From the NCBI GenBank assembly GCA_944350115.1, contig CALVNZ010000004.1, forward strand, positions 2,116 to 66,115: 64,000 bases of DNA, written 5' to 3'. A program made the translations under genes and the position numbers. This DNA comes from an uncultured Clostridia bacterium. GTDB lineage: Bacteria > Bacillota > Clostridia > Christensenellales > UBA1242. This document shows, piece after piece, positions 38,723 to 47,968 of the stretch. The notes under the pieces are model-generated. The model was not told the DNA's origin and did no database searches. It saw only the letters and a program-made list of their open reading frames with translations. Within the stretch, counting starts at the first letter, position 1. Each line of letters starts with the position of its first letter.

Positions 38723-40153
38723 CTAGTACCAGCTAAAATTGACAGTTCTATTGCATTTCACAAAGATTCTATTTATTCCAGCGTTTAAAATCACTGGATT
38801 TGTCGGTTCAACTCCTTCCAAATTCAAATTGACATTTTCAAATGTGAAACCATCGCCTGTTGTTTGTCCGTAATAATAGAAATTAATTTGCACACTTGCT
38901 ATGGTTGGCAATAAAATGTTTGTTGTTGATGTTTCATTATTAACGGCAACTTGATAAAAATTATCTGACATAGAAACATTAATTGTGCCTTTTTTTGTGT
39001 CGAGATTAATTGCGCTGTTTGAACCTGTTGCAACATTAACATTAATATCGCCTGAAGAAGTTTTAATTGTTGAATATCCCGTAAGCCCTTTTGTGTAATC
39101 TCTCACACCATTATTTTCCGTAAATATATTCACGCTTCCGGAACTTGTTTCAATTTCTGCTTTGCCTGCGATATGCCCTATTTCAAATTTTGTGTTTTGC
39201 CCATTTTTTACAATAAAATCACCGCCAACAGAATTAACTTTAATCACACTGGAACTAAACACCCCTTCTGATGGTGTAAAATTCCAATAACCATTGACAT
39301 TTCCTAATGTGACATACGCATCTTTAAATTTTGATGATAAATTACCATCAACTGTTCCTATTGAAATATTGCCTGATGTTGAATTTAACGTGATTTCATT
39401 TGCGCTCGTAATTGAGCTAATATTAATTTCACCAGAACCAGTTTCCAAAAGCATAGAATTTGCGCTTAATTTTTCCCAACCTGTTTTAATATCACCTGAA
39501 TCCGTTATTAAAGAAAGCTTGTCATAAGAACTTGGCGCTAATGTTGAAATTGTAATATTGCCTTGCTTCGATGTCACATCCAAACTTGCAACTTTGATTT
39601 CATGGCAATATCCATTTCTTACGTTTCCTCCAATATTAACATTGCCTTCGGTTGTTGTAATTTTAATAGATTTTCCTTCGAAAGGATTTATTTCAGTATT
39701 GTTTGCCACGTGCAAAACAACTTTAACTTCTTTGGAAAAATATAAAAAAGCATTTTGTTCTGACACATTAATTTTAAGCACGCCATCTTCAATGGTCACG
39801 CTAAATGTGTAATCATTAGCTTTTGCTGATGTTACAAAACCTCTTGAATGATTTATTAAATAAATTCCACTTTGCTCAAAATCATTATTATTCTGCACAA
39901 TAACTTCAGCATAACCAGCATTCACTTCAACTGCATTAAAAGTCGGATTTTTAAAATCTATGGCTGTTGCTGATTCGTCTGTTGTGTTTGTTATTCGATA
40001 TTGAGAACTATTTGTAAAATATTCCAAACCCAAAATTGAAGTCCCTGGCATAAACATCATGACGACAAAAATGACAAGCACTGCTGCTATTAAAATCAAA
40101 ATAAAGAAACTGAAATAAAAGAAAAACCCTTTTCTTACTTTATCTTTTGCCAT
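38723..40153 (-). CDS. DUF4097-type beta-strand-repeat protein (putative adhesin), N-terminally membrane anchored
   Basis: 476 aa with one N-terminal TM. It has repeated short motifs: GNVNIGG, GNITIST, GDIKTG, GEINISS, GNISIG and GDINVNV. Confidence 0.7.
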   Translation of the reverse strand: MAKDKVRKGFFFYFSFFILILIAAVLVIFVVMMFMPGTSILGLEYFTNSSQYRITNTTDESATAIDFKNPTFNAVEVNAGYAEVIVQNNNDFEQSGIYLINHSRGFVTSAKANDYTFSVTIEDGVLKINVSEQNAFLYFSKEVKVVLHVANNTEINPFEGKSIKITTTEGNVNIGGNVRNGYCHEIKVASLDVTSKQGNITISTLAPSSYDKLSLITDSGDIKTGWEKLSANSMLLETGSGEINISSITSANEITLNSTSGNISIGTVDGNLSSKFKDAYVTLGNVNGYWNFTPSEGVFSSSVIKVNSVGGDFIVKNGQNTKFEIGHIAGKAEIETSSGSVNIFTENNGVRDYTKGLTGYSTIKTSSGDINVNVATGSNSAINLDTKKGTINVSMSDNFYQVAVNNETSTTNILLPTIASVQINFYYYGQTTGDGFTFENVNLNLEGVEPTNPVILNAGINRIFVKCNRTVNFSWY

Positions 40154-40204
40154 TTTTCCCCCACATTTTTATTCTAACAAAAATCTATGAAAAAATCAAT
40201 GGTT

Positions 40205-41992
40205 TTATTCTAAAATGGCTTTAATTCTACGAACACCCGCAGAAGAACTTTCTTCTTTTACAATTTTGAATTTGCCAAGCTCGCCAGTTGAAGACACATG
40301 AGGGCCTCCACAAATCTCTTTACTGATTTGACCTATTGTGAAAACTTTAACTTTTTCGCCATATTTATTTTCAAAAGAGCCAACAGCTCCTGATTGTTTT
40401 GCCTTGTCAAGCGACATTTCTTCGCACTCGACTTTAACATCTTGTCTTATGGCGTCATTGACAAATTTTTCTAAAAATTCTATTTCATCTTTTTCTAATT
40501 TTCTTGGATAATTAAAATCAAACCTGAGTCTTTCATTTGTTAGGTTCGAACCTTTTTGAGAAACATTTGAGTCAAGTTTTCTAAGCCCTGCCAAAAGCAA
40601 ATGACAAGCGGTGTGATATTTAATGGTCTTTTCACCTTGATCAGCAAGCCCTCCTTTAAAAGTGCCTGCTTGCGCTGTTCTTGAAAGTTCTTGATGATGT
40701 TTGAATTCTTCTTCAAATCCTTTTTCATCAACACTAAAACCTCTTTCTCCGGCAATTTCTTTTGTAAGTTCCAAAGGAAAACCAAAGGTGTCATAAAGTC
40801 TAAATGCTGCTTTGCCACTTATAATATTTTCAACTTTTTCACCTGTCGATTGAGCAAAAATTTTATGTCGTTCAATTCCTGCAATAACTTTTTCAAATTC
40901 CTTGTAACCGCCTTCAATCGCACGCGAAAATTTTTGAAGTTCTTTCGCCATTTCTTCTTTTACAAAATCTCGCTTTTGTGCCAAATCAGGATAATCTTCA
41001 CCATACTCATCAGCAAACATATCAATAAGTTCGTCAAAAACGCTTAAATCTAACTTGATCTTTCTTGCGCAGTTGACGCTTCTTCTAATCAATCTTCTTA
41101 AAATATATCCTTGCCCAACATTGCTTGGCACAACACCTTTTTCATCTCCCAAAATAAATGTCGCCGCACGAACATGGTCAACAATTATTCTGCTTGCTTT
41201 TTCGTCTTGCTCTCCACTTTTGCTTTTTACAAGATTAAGAGCCCTCTTTAAACAGCCTATTTCATAAACGCTTTCATATCCATTTATAGCCATCAAAGTG
41301 CGTTCAAGCCCCATTCCTGTGTCAATGTTTGGTTTTTCAAGAACAACTGGCTTTTCTCCGTCATTTTTCACAACATATTGCATGAAAACATCATTCCAAA
41401 ACTCGACAAACTTTCCACAATCACAAGCTGGCGAACAATCTTTTGAACATTTATTTTGTGTTTTAATTAAAAACATTTCAGTGTCTGGTCCGCAAGGCCC
41501 AACTCCACCACTTATGCTCCACCAGTTGTTCTCTTTTGGCAAAAAATAAATTTCATCAACGCCACACTCTTTCCATGCATTAAACGCTTCAACATCTTTT
41601 GGTGCATTTTCATCTCCTGCAAAAACGCTTACAGCGAGATTTTTTTTATCTAATTTTAATTTTTGAGTAATAAAATCATAACTTAATTTTATCATAGCTT
41701 TTTTATCGCACTCGCCAAGTGTCCAACAGCCAAGCATTTCAAAACAAGTCAAGTGTGTGTTATCACCCACTTCATCAATATCTTTTGTTCGCAAACATCT
41801 TTGTAAATCAATAATTTTATCGCCTGCCGGATGTTTTTTGCCAAGCAAATATGGCACAAGTGGATGCATTCCTGCCGTTGTAAAAAGCACACCTGTGTCA
41901 CTTTCAGGAATAATAGAATAGCCAGGAATTTTTTTAAATCCCTTGCTTTTAAAATAATCAAACCATAAATCTTTTAGCTCTCTATCGGTCAC
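40205..41992 (-). CDS. alaS: Alanine--tRNA ligase, short form without the C-Ala domain
   Basis: 595 aa. Class II core blocks are FTTAGMHPLVPYLLG and FEMLGCW. The editing-domain zinc ligands HTACHLL and CGGPHV are present. The protein ends at ...SSAGVRRIKAILE, immediately after the editing domain. Confidence 0.88.
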   Translation of the reverse strand: MTDRELKDLWFDYFKSKGFKKIPGYSIIPESDTGVLFTTAGMHPLVPYLLGKKHPAGDKIIDLQRCLRTKDIDEVGDNTHLTCFEMLGCWTLGECDKKAMIKLSYDFITQKLKLDKKNLAVSVFAGDENAPKDVEAFNAWKECGVDEIYFLPKENNWWSISGGVGPCGPDTEMFLIKTQNKCSKDCSPACDCGKFVEFWNDVFMQYVVKNDGEKPVVLEKPNIDTGMGLERTLMAINGYESVYEIGCLKRALNLVKSKSGEQDEKASRIIVDHVRAATFILGDEKGVVPSNVGQGYILRRLIRRSVNCARKIKLDLSVFDELIDMFADEYGEDYPDLAQKRDFVKEEMAKELQKFSRAIEGGYKEFEKVIAGIERHKIFAQSTGEKVENIISGKAAFRLYDTFGFPLELTKEIAGERGFSVDEKGFEEEFKHHQELSRTAQAGTFKGGLADQGEKTIKYHTACHLLLAGLRKLDSNVSQKGSNLTNERLRFDFNYPRKLEKDEIEFLEKFVNDAIRQDVKVECEEMSLDKAKQSGAVGSFENKYGEKVKVFTIGQISKEICGGPHVSSTGELGKFKIVKEESSSAGVRRIKAILE

Positions 41993-42001
41993 TTTATTCT
42001 C

Positions 42002-42736
42002 CTAAAAATAAATTTTCATTAAACACAACCCTTGTGGGCTCATAGTTTTGCCAGCTTTTTTTCTATCTCCAAATTTTAATGCATTCTCAACATCTGCGAT
42101 TGACAATTTACCGCGTCCCACATCGACAAGCGTGCCCACCAAAATTCGAACCATGTGTTGCAAGAAACCATCACCAGTAAATTCAAAATAAATCAAATCT
42201 TTGTTTTTCGTGATTTTGATTTTTAGAATAGTTCGTTCAAAGTTTTTTACTTGCGCTTGTGAACTGCAAAAGCCCTTAAAATTATATTTCCCAATTAAAA
42301 CATCTGCACATTTTTGCATCTGTTCAAAATTTAAAACATAATTTGTGTGTCCTGCATAATTTCTTTTTATTGGGTTTTGCACTTGCCCTAATTGCAAACA
42401 ATACTTATAGGTTTTCTTTTTAACATCAAATCTAGCGTTAAAATCGTTCCCCACACGCTTGGAATCAACAATTCTCACATCTTCACAAAGAGCATCATTT
42501 AATGCAAACAACAATCTTTCTGCTGGAAAATCACCATAAAGATCAAAGTGTGCCACTTGCCCCAAAGCATGAACCTTTGCATCAGTTCGACTGCTTCCGG
42601 TCAGTATGACTTGCTCGCCCGTCACTTTTTGAATTGCTTTTTCAATTTCTTCTTGGACTGATCGACCATTTTTTTGCTTTTGCCAACCAACAAAATTTGT
42701 GCCATCATATTGAATTGTTAACTTGATTCTTTGCAT
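42002..42736 (-). CDS. truA: tRNA pseudouridine(38-40) synthase TruA
   Basis: The ATG at 42736 gives MQRIKLTIQYDGTNFVGWQKQ. The catalytic block GSSRTDAKVHA is present. Confidence 0.95.
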   Translation of the reverse strand: MQRIKLTIQYDGTNFVGWQKQKNGRSVQEEIEKAIQKVTGEQVILTGSSRTDAKVHALGQVAHFDLYGDFPAERLLFALNDALCEDVRIVDSKRVGNDFNARFDVKKKTYKYCLQLGQVQNPIKRNYAGHTNYVLNFEQMQKCADVLIGKYNFKGFCSSQAQVKNFERTILKIKITKNKDLIYFEFTGDGFLQHMVRILVGTLVDVGRGKLSIADVENALKFGDRKKAGKTMSPQGLCLMKIYF

Positions 42737-42833
42737 GAAAAAATTATACACATTTTTACCTTTTAAAGCAATCAATTCTTTTGATTTTATTGATTAATTA
42801 TTATATAATTAACTTATAAAAAAAGGAGCTGTT

Positions 42834-45800
42834 ATGTCAAAAATTGTTTTGGATGGAAACACTGCTGTTGCTCGCGTGGCTTATAAATTGAGTGAAATTA
42901 TACCAATTTATCCAATCACTCCATCTTCACCTATGGCAGAATATTGTTCTCGCGCAAGCGCAAATGAAGAAAAAAACATTTTTGGAGAAAAGGTTCAAAC
43001 GGTTGAAATGCAATCAGAAGCTGGGGTCGCTGGTGCTTTACATGGAGCATTGATTGGTGGGGCATTGTCATCAAGTTTTACATCAAGTCAAGGACTTTTG
43101 CTTATGATTCCAAACCTTTACAAAATGGCTGGCGAATGTTTGCCTGCGGTTTTGCATGTCGCAGCTCGTGCTGTGGCATCACACGCCTTATCAATCTTTG
43201 GCGATCATTCCGATGTTATGAGCGTGAGAATGACTGGATTTAACATGATTTGCTCATCAAGTGTTCAGGAAGCACAAGACATGGCAATGTGTGCGCATAT
43301 GATTGCTCAAAAAGCATCTTTGCCTGTTTTACATTTTTTTGATGGTTTTAGAACCAGCCACGAATTTCAAAAAATTGATGACTTGTCAAACGAAGAACTT
43401 GCTTTGTTATTTCCTTTAAAAACTCCCCCGCAAAGCAAACTCTCCTCTTCAAAACCTCTTATGTTTGGAACAGCTCAAAACCCAGATGTCTTTTTTCAAA
43501 ACAGACTTGCTCGTGAAATAAAATATAATGAAATTTTGAAAATAATCGATGATGTTTTTAGCAATTTTAAAAAAGTTACAAAAAGATCATATCACAAATT
43601 TGATTATTATGGAGATAAAAACGCAAAAAATGTTGTAATTTTGATGGGTTCTGCTTCTGAAACAATGATCGAAACCATGCCAAAAAATTGCGGAGTTTTA
43701 AAAGTTAGGGTGTTTAGACCGTTTGATCAATCATATTTAAAAAATGTTTTGCCAAAAAGCACAAAAAATGTCATCGTTTTAGATAGAACGAAAGAAAGCG
43801 GAGCTGGTCAACCACTATTGCTTGATGTTAAAAATGCGTTAGCTGAAACGAACATAAAAACAATTGGTGGAATTTATGGCTTAGGTGGCAAAGAATTTTC
43901 ACCTATTGAAGCAATGGCAGTTTGGTCAAATTTTGAAGAAATGAAGGATAATTTCTCTGTTGGAATTTATGATGATGTTTTAAAAACCAGCCTTCCATTG
44001 AGCCAAAACTTTCCGCTCTCAAAACATAAAGAAATAAAAATCTTTGGGCTTGGATCCGACGGCTCGGTTTCTGCAAGCAAAACAATCACAAAAATGCTTG
44101 GACAAAACGACAAAACTTACATTCAAGGTTATTTTGAATATGATTCCAAAAAGGCAGGAAGTTTGACGATTTCTCATTTACGCACATCTTCATCGCCTAT
44201 TTTAAGCAGTTATTTATGCCATCAACCTGAAATTGTGATGATAAACAATTTTTCGTTTGTGCATCGATATCATTGTTTAAAAGGTTTGAAAAATGGTGGC
44301 GTAGTGATTTTTAACACAATTTTCGAACCAGACGAATTGACAAAAGTTTTACCAAATGAATACAAAGCTATTTTGTTAGAAAAAAATGCGAAAGTTTTTG
44401 TGATCAACGCGCACAAAATTGCAAATGAAGTTGGGCTGAAAGAAAAAGTCAACATCATCATGACAACCGCTCTTTTTGAAGCGACAAGTTTATTAAAAAA
44501 TTATTCAATAGTCTTAGAAAAAGAAATAACAGAAATGTTTGCTGAAAAAGGCAAAGAAGTTGTCAAAAAGAATTTAAAAGCTATGCAACTAGCAAAAAAT
44601 TCTGTAAAAAAAGTTTCTCTTAAGAGTCTAACGCTTGATAAAGAAATCATAAAAACAAACTTTACAAAAGATTACAATGAAGTTCCTGTTTCAAGTTTTT
44701 CTTGTGACGGATCTATTGAAACTGACACATCAAAATTTGAAAAACGCGGAATTGCGGCAAACATACCTTTATGGCAAAGTGAAAAATGCATACAATGCGG
44801 GCAGTGCGTTTTGGCTTGTCCCCATGGCGCTTTAAAAGCTGTGCTTGTGAAGAAAAAACCAGAAGGCGTGCCTTTTGTAAAAGCTTACGGCGTTGATGGT
44901 TATTTTAAAATTCAAGTCTCCCCAGAAGATTGCACTGGTTGTGGATTATGTCAGGAAATTTGCCCTGCAATTGGCAAAGCGATAATATTAAAAAATGCAA
45001 GTGAAATTTTAGATCAAGAAAAAGAAAATTATGCAAAAACCCAAAATTTAAAAACTATAACCAAAACTCCTTTTTCAAAAACAACAGTTAAAGGCTTGCA
45101 ATTTGAAAAAAATTATTTTGAATTCCCTGGTGCATGCGCTGGATGTGGTCAAACTCCATATATAAAACTAGCATCCATGTTATTTGGCAATAAAATGGTG
45201 ATTGCAAATGCAACTGGTTGTTCAAGTATTTACAGCGGAAGCTACCCTTCATGCCCTTTTGCAAAAAACGAGCAAGGTCAAGGTCCTGCATGGGCAAACA
45301 GTTTGTTTGAAGATAATGCAGAATTTGGTTATGGAATAAAACTAGCAAAAAATTATAGAAAATCAAAAGAATCTGTCTGGATTATAGGTGGAGATGGTTG
45401 GGCTTATGATATTGGTTTTGGCGGACTTGATCATGTTCTTTCAACAGGTGCAAATGTAAATATTTTAGTTTTAGACAATGAAAACTATGCAAACACAGGC
45501 GGGCAAGCGTCAAAAGCGACACCTGCTGGAGCGTGCGTAGAACTAGCAAACGGTGGAAAAGAAACCAACAAAAAAAATCTCGGTCTAATGGCTATGACAT
45601 ACAAAAATGTTTATGTCGCTCAGGTCGCTCTCGGTGCAGACATGAATCAGTGTATAAAAGCATTCAAAGAAGCCGAAGCATACAATGGTCCAAGTTTGAT
45701 CATCGCTTATTCAACTTGCGTCAACCATGGCTTTAACATGACTCAATCTTTGACCGAAATGAAACGAGCAGTTGACTCTGGTTATTGGATGCTTTATCGC

Positions 45801-46004
45801 TATCACCCAGATCATGGTTTTGTGCTTGATAAAGGCGAAGTAAACAGCAAATTTTTGCCATTTTTAATGGGCGAAAGAAGATATTCGCTTTTGGACGAAA
45901 AAAATCCTGAAAAAGCAAAAAAATTATTTAAAAAAGCAAAAGATCGCGCTAAAAGCAATTATGTGAGTTTAAAACAACTTGAACGCACAAATCCAAAAAA
46001 ATAA
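42834..46004 (+). CDS. nifJ: Pyruvate:ferredoxin (flavodoxin) oxidoreductase
   Basis: 1056 aa. AGGAG RBS. Two 4Fe-4S motifs are present (CIQCGQCVLACP, CTGCGLCQEICP), with the TPP-binding block GGDGWAYDIGFGGLDH. Confidence 0.95.
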   Translation: MSKIVLDGNTAVARVAYKLSEIIPIYPITPSSPMAEYCSRASANEEKNIFGEKVQTVEMQSEAGVAGALHGALIGGALSSSFTSSQGLLLMIPNLYKMAGECLPAVLHVAARAVASHALSIFGDHSDVMSVRMTGFNMICSSSVQEAQDMAMCAHMIAQKASLPVLHFFDGFRTSHEFQKIDDLSNEELALLFPLKTPPQSKLSSSKPLMFGTAQNPDVFFQNRLAREIKYNEILKIIDDVFSNFKKVTKRSYHKFDYYGDKNAKNVVILMGSASETMIETMPKNCGVLKVRVFRPFDQSYLKNVLPKSTKNVIVLDRTKESGAGQPLLLDVKNALAETNIKTIGGIYGLGGKEFSPIEAMAVWSNFEEMKDNFSVGIYDDVLKTSLPLSQNFPLSKHKEIKIFGLGSDGSVSASKTITKMLGQNDKTYIQGYFEYDSKKAGSLTISHLRTSSSPILSSYLCHQPEIVMINNFSFVHRYHCLKGLKNGGVVIFNTIFEPDELTKVLPNEYKAILLEKNAKVFVINAHKIANEVGLKEKVNIIMTTALFEATSLLKNYSIVLEKEITEMFAEKGKEVVKKNLKAMQLAKNSVKKVSLKSLTLDKEIIKTNFTKDYNEVPVSSFSCDGSIETDTSKFEKRGIAANIPLWQSEKCIQCGQCVLACPHGALKAVLVKKKPEGVPFVKAYGVDGYFKIQVSPEDCTGCGLCQEICPAIGKAIILKNASEILDQEKENYAKTQNLKTITKTPFSKTTVKGLQFEKNYFEFPGACAGCGQTPYIKLASMLFGNKMVIANATGCSSIYSGSYPSCPFAKNEQGQGPAWANSLFEDNAEFGYGIKLAKNYRKSKESVWIIGGDGWAYDIGFGGLDHVLSTGANVNILVLDNENYANTGGQASKATPAGACVELANGGKETNKKNLGLMAMTYKNVYVAQVALGADMNQCIKAFKEAEAYNGPSLIIAYSTCVNHGFNMTQSLTEMKRAVDSGYWMLYRYHPDHGFVLDKGEVNSKFLPFLMGERRYSLLDEKNPEKAKKLFKKAKDRAKSNYVSLKQLERTNPKK

Positions 46005-46013
46005 GATAAAAAT

Positions 46014-46041
46014 AAAAAAAACGCAATTCTGCGTTTTTTTA
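46014..46041. terminator. Bidirectional intrinsic terminator
   Basis: AAAAAAAACGCA-attc-TGCGTTTTTTT between convergent genes. Confidence 0.65.
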
Positions 46042-46974
46042 TTTTATATTTTTGGCCAAAAACATGTTTAATTGTTTTTCATAATCCCCTTCTGCCAGAG
46101 GATAACTTAACGCATGCCCTGCACCTTTAACGATGTAAAGGCTTCTCAATTTTTCGTTGGTCGCATTAAACAATCTATAAACATTTTCAGTTGGCACAAA
46201 ATGGTCATCATCACCATGAATATATAAAATTGGGACTTTACATTTCTTGACTTGTTTAATTGCATCAGCATTTTTCATATCGAATTTGTAAACACTTTTT
46301 AAATAAACATCAAAAATATTTAAAACTGGCCAAGTCGGCATTTTTGTTCTATATTTAAAAACATATTTAATTTGATTGTAAACATTGTCAAATCCACAAT
46401 CTGAAATTATTGCTTTTACATTGCTTGGCAAATTTTCTCCACTAGCCATACAAACTGTGCTTGCACCCATAGAAAGCCCAAACAAAACTATTTTAAAATC
46501 AGGATTTTTTTCAACCATCAAATTGATCCATTGAACCAAATCTAATCTATCTAGCCACCCCATTCCAATCATCTTGCCTTCACTAGACCCATGCGCGCGG
46601 TTTTCAACTGCCAAAATATTGTAATTTTTTTCTACGAAATATTTGGCATAGCGTTGCATTTCACGATAGTCAGCGCCATAGCCATGAACAATGATTGCAA
46701 GCTTATCAGAACGATTTGGCAAAAAATGTCCAACGAGCTTTAGCCCATCTTTTGAAATGAGTGTCAAATCTTCGAATTTAAATTTATCCCACCAGCAAAA
46801 ATCAATTTTATATGAATCAAGCACTTTCTTCATCTCCTTGCTAACAATTCGACTAGCTGTGCTTTTCCTTGATAGAGCAATTTTAAAACAAATTCCACCT
46901 ATGGTTAAATATAAAATCATGCCAAGTAGCAAAAGTCCAACAAGCACTAACGCAACGATTGAAAATATTTTCAT
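46039..46974 (-). CDS. Alpha/beta hydrolase, N-terminally membrane anchored
   Basis: 311 aa with an N-terminal TM. The HGYG oxyanion-type motif, the nucleophile elbow GLSMGAS and a late GDDDHFV / GAGH are present. Confidence 0.85.
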   Translation of the reverse strand: MKIFSIVALVLVGLLLLGMILYLTIGGICFKIALSRKSTASRIVSKEMKKVLDSYKIDFCWWDKFKFEDLTLISKDGLKLVGHFLPNRSDKLAIIVHGYGADYREMQRYAKYFVEKNYNILAVENRAHGSSEGKMIGMGWLDRLDLVQWINLMVEKNPDFKIVLFGLSMGASTVCMASGENLPSNVKAIISDCGFDNVYNQIKYVFKYRTKMPTWPVLNIFDVYLKSVYKFDMKNADAIKQVKKCKVPILYIHGDDDHFVPTENVYRLFNATNEKLRSLYIVKGAGHALSYPLAEGDYEKQLNMFLAKNIK

Positions 46975-46985
46975 TTGTTCTCCTT

Positions 46986-47882
46986 TTATTCAACAATAGC
47001 TTTTATGCTTTCTCCACTTTCTGCATCTTGATAAGTGAGCCAATAACCAAAACTTTCTCTTTTTTCGTTGTCAAGTGGAAACCAAACCGGATAGCCTGAT
47101 AATTGTTTTGGTGGAGTTTTTTGATAAATTCCAGGCACACCATAGCAAACATATTTTATATTTTCGCCTTCATAAATCAGCCCCAAAATATAGTAATCAC
47201 CTTCTCCATCAAATTCAACTCTCACCCATCTTGAATTTGGAATCATTTCTTCCAAAAAACTTTCTTTCGGATTGTTTTTAAATAGGTCGTCAATTTGCCC
47301 TTTTATATCTCCAATAAACGAAGATTTTTTTTCTTCTTCCTGTTCTTGCACGGAATTTGTATAGCCGTAAAAACAGTTTTTATATTTGCAATTTTTGCAT
47401 TTATCATCTTCCTGCAAGGCTTCATCAATTGCACAATTTATTTCTGCTTTTAAATCGTCATCATAGTCTATTCCTGCTTCATCTAGCTTTTTTTCAACTT
47501 TTTCTGCACTTGCCTCACCTTCCAAAATTTCGCCTTCAAATTTTCCCAAAACTTCTTCTAAATTTGCGTTGTTCTGAGTCGCACCAAACATTAACGGAGT
47601 CGCTTTTGTTCCAATAAAATTGACAACAGCACAAGAAAAATTATCACTTAAATCGGCATCTGTTTTAAAAGTGTAAAGCATATTACCACTTCTTGCAAGC
47701 CCACATTTTTTTACTTTTTTTTGATCATAAAACCCTAAACTTAAAATTCCATTTGGTTCTCTGTCAAAGTTATATAATCTAAGCCTACCATTCAACATTT
47801 CGCCATCATTTTCTAAGGTTAAAACGGCTTTTTCTGCCGAATCTGAAACACTTGTAAGCACAAGGCTTTTTTTAGTAAACAT
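46986..47882 (-). CDS. Hypothetical protein
   Basis: 298 aa with an acidic central linker, a Cys cluster CKNCKYKNC and the C-terminal block GDYYILGLIYEG...YGVPG. No family recognised. Confidence 0.55.
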   Translation of the reverse strand: MFTKKSLVLTSVSDSAEKAVLTLENDGEMLNGRLRLYNFDREPNGILSLGFYDQKKVKKCGLARSGNMLYTFKTDADLSDNFSCAVVNFIGTKATPLMFGATQNNANLEEVLGKFEGEILEGEASAEKVEKKLDEAGIDYDDDLKAEINCAIDEALQEDDKCKNCKYKNCFYGYTNSVQEQEEEKKSSFIGDIKGQIDDLFKNNPKESFLEEMIPNSRWVRVEFDGEGDYYILGLIYEGENIKYVCYGVPGIYQKTPPKQLSGYPVWFPLDNEKRESFGYWLTYQDAESGESIKAIVE

Positions 47883-47968
47883 AATTCACTCCTTTACTTC
47901 AAAATATATTCTAATATTTATGAGAATTATGCTTACATAAGAAAATTAAAGAATTTTGTTAAAATTTA

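Noticed and set aside
42834-46004. PFOR is about 100 aa shorter than the roughly 1170-aa enzymes I remember
   Set aside because: All hallmark motifs are intact (two ferredoxin clusters, TPP-binding GDG block). The length difference is plausibly loop trimming in a reduced AT-rich genome and cannot be localised without an alignment.
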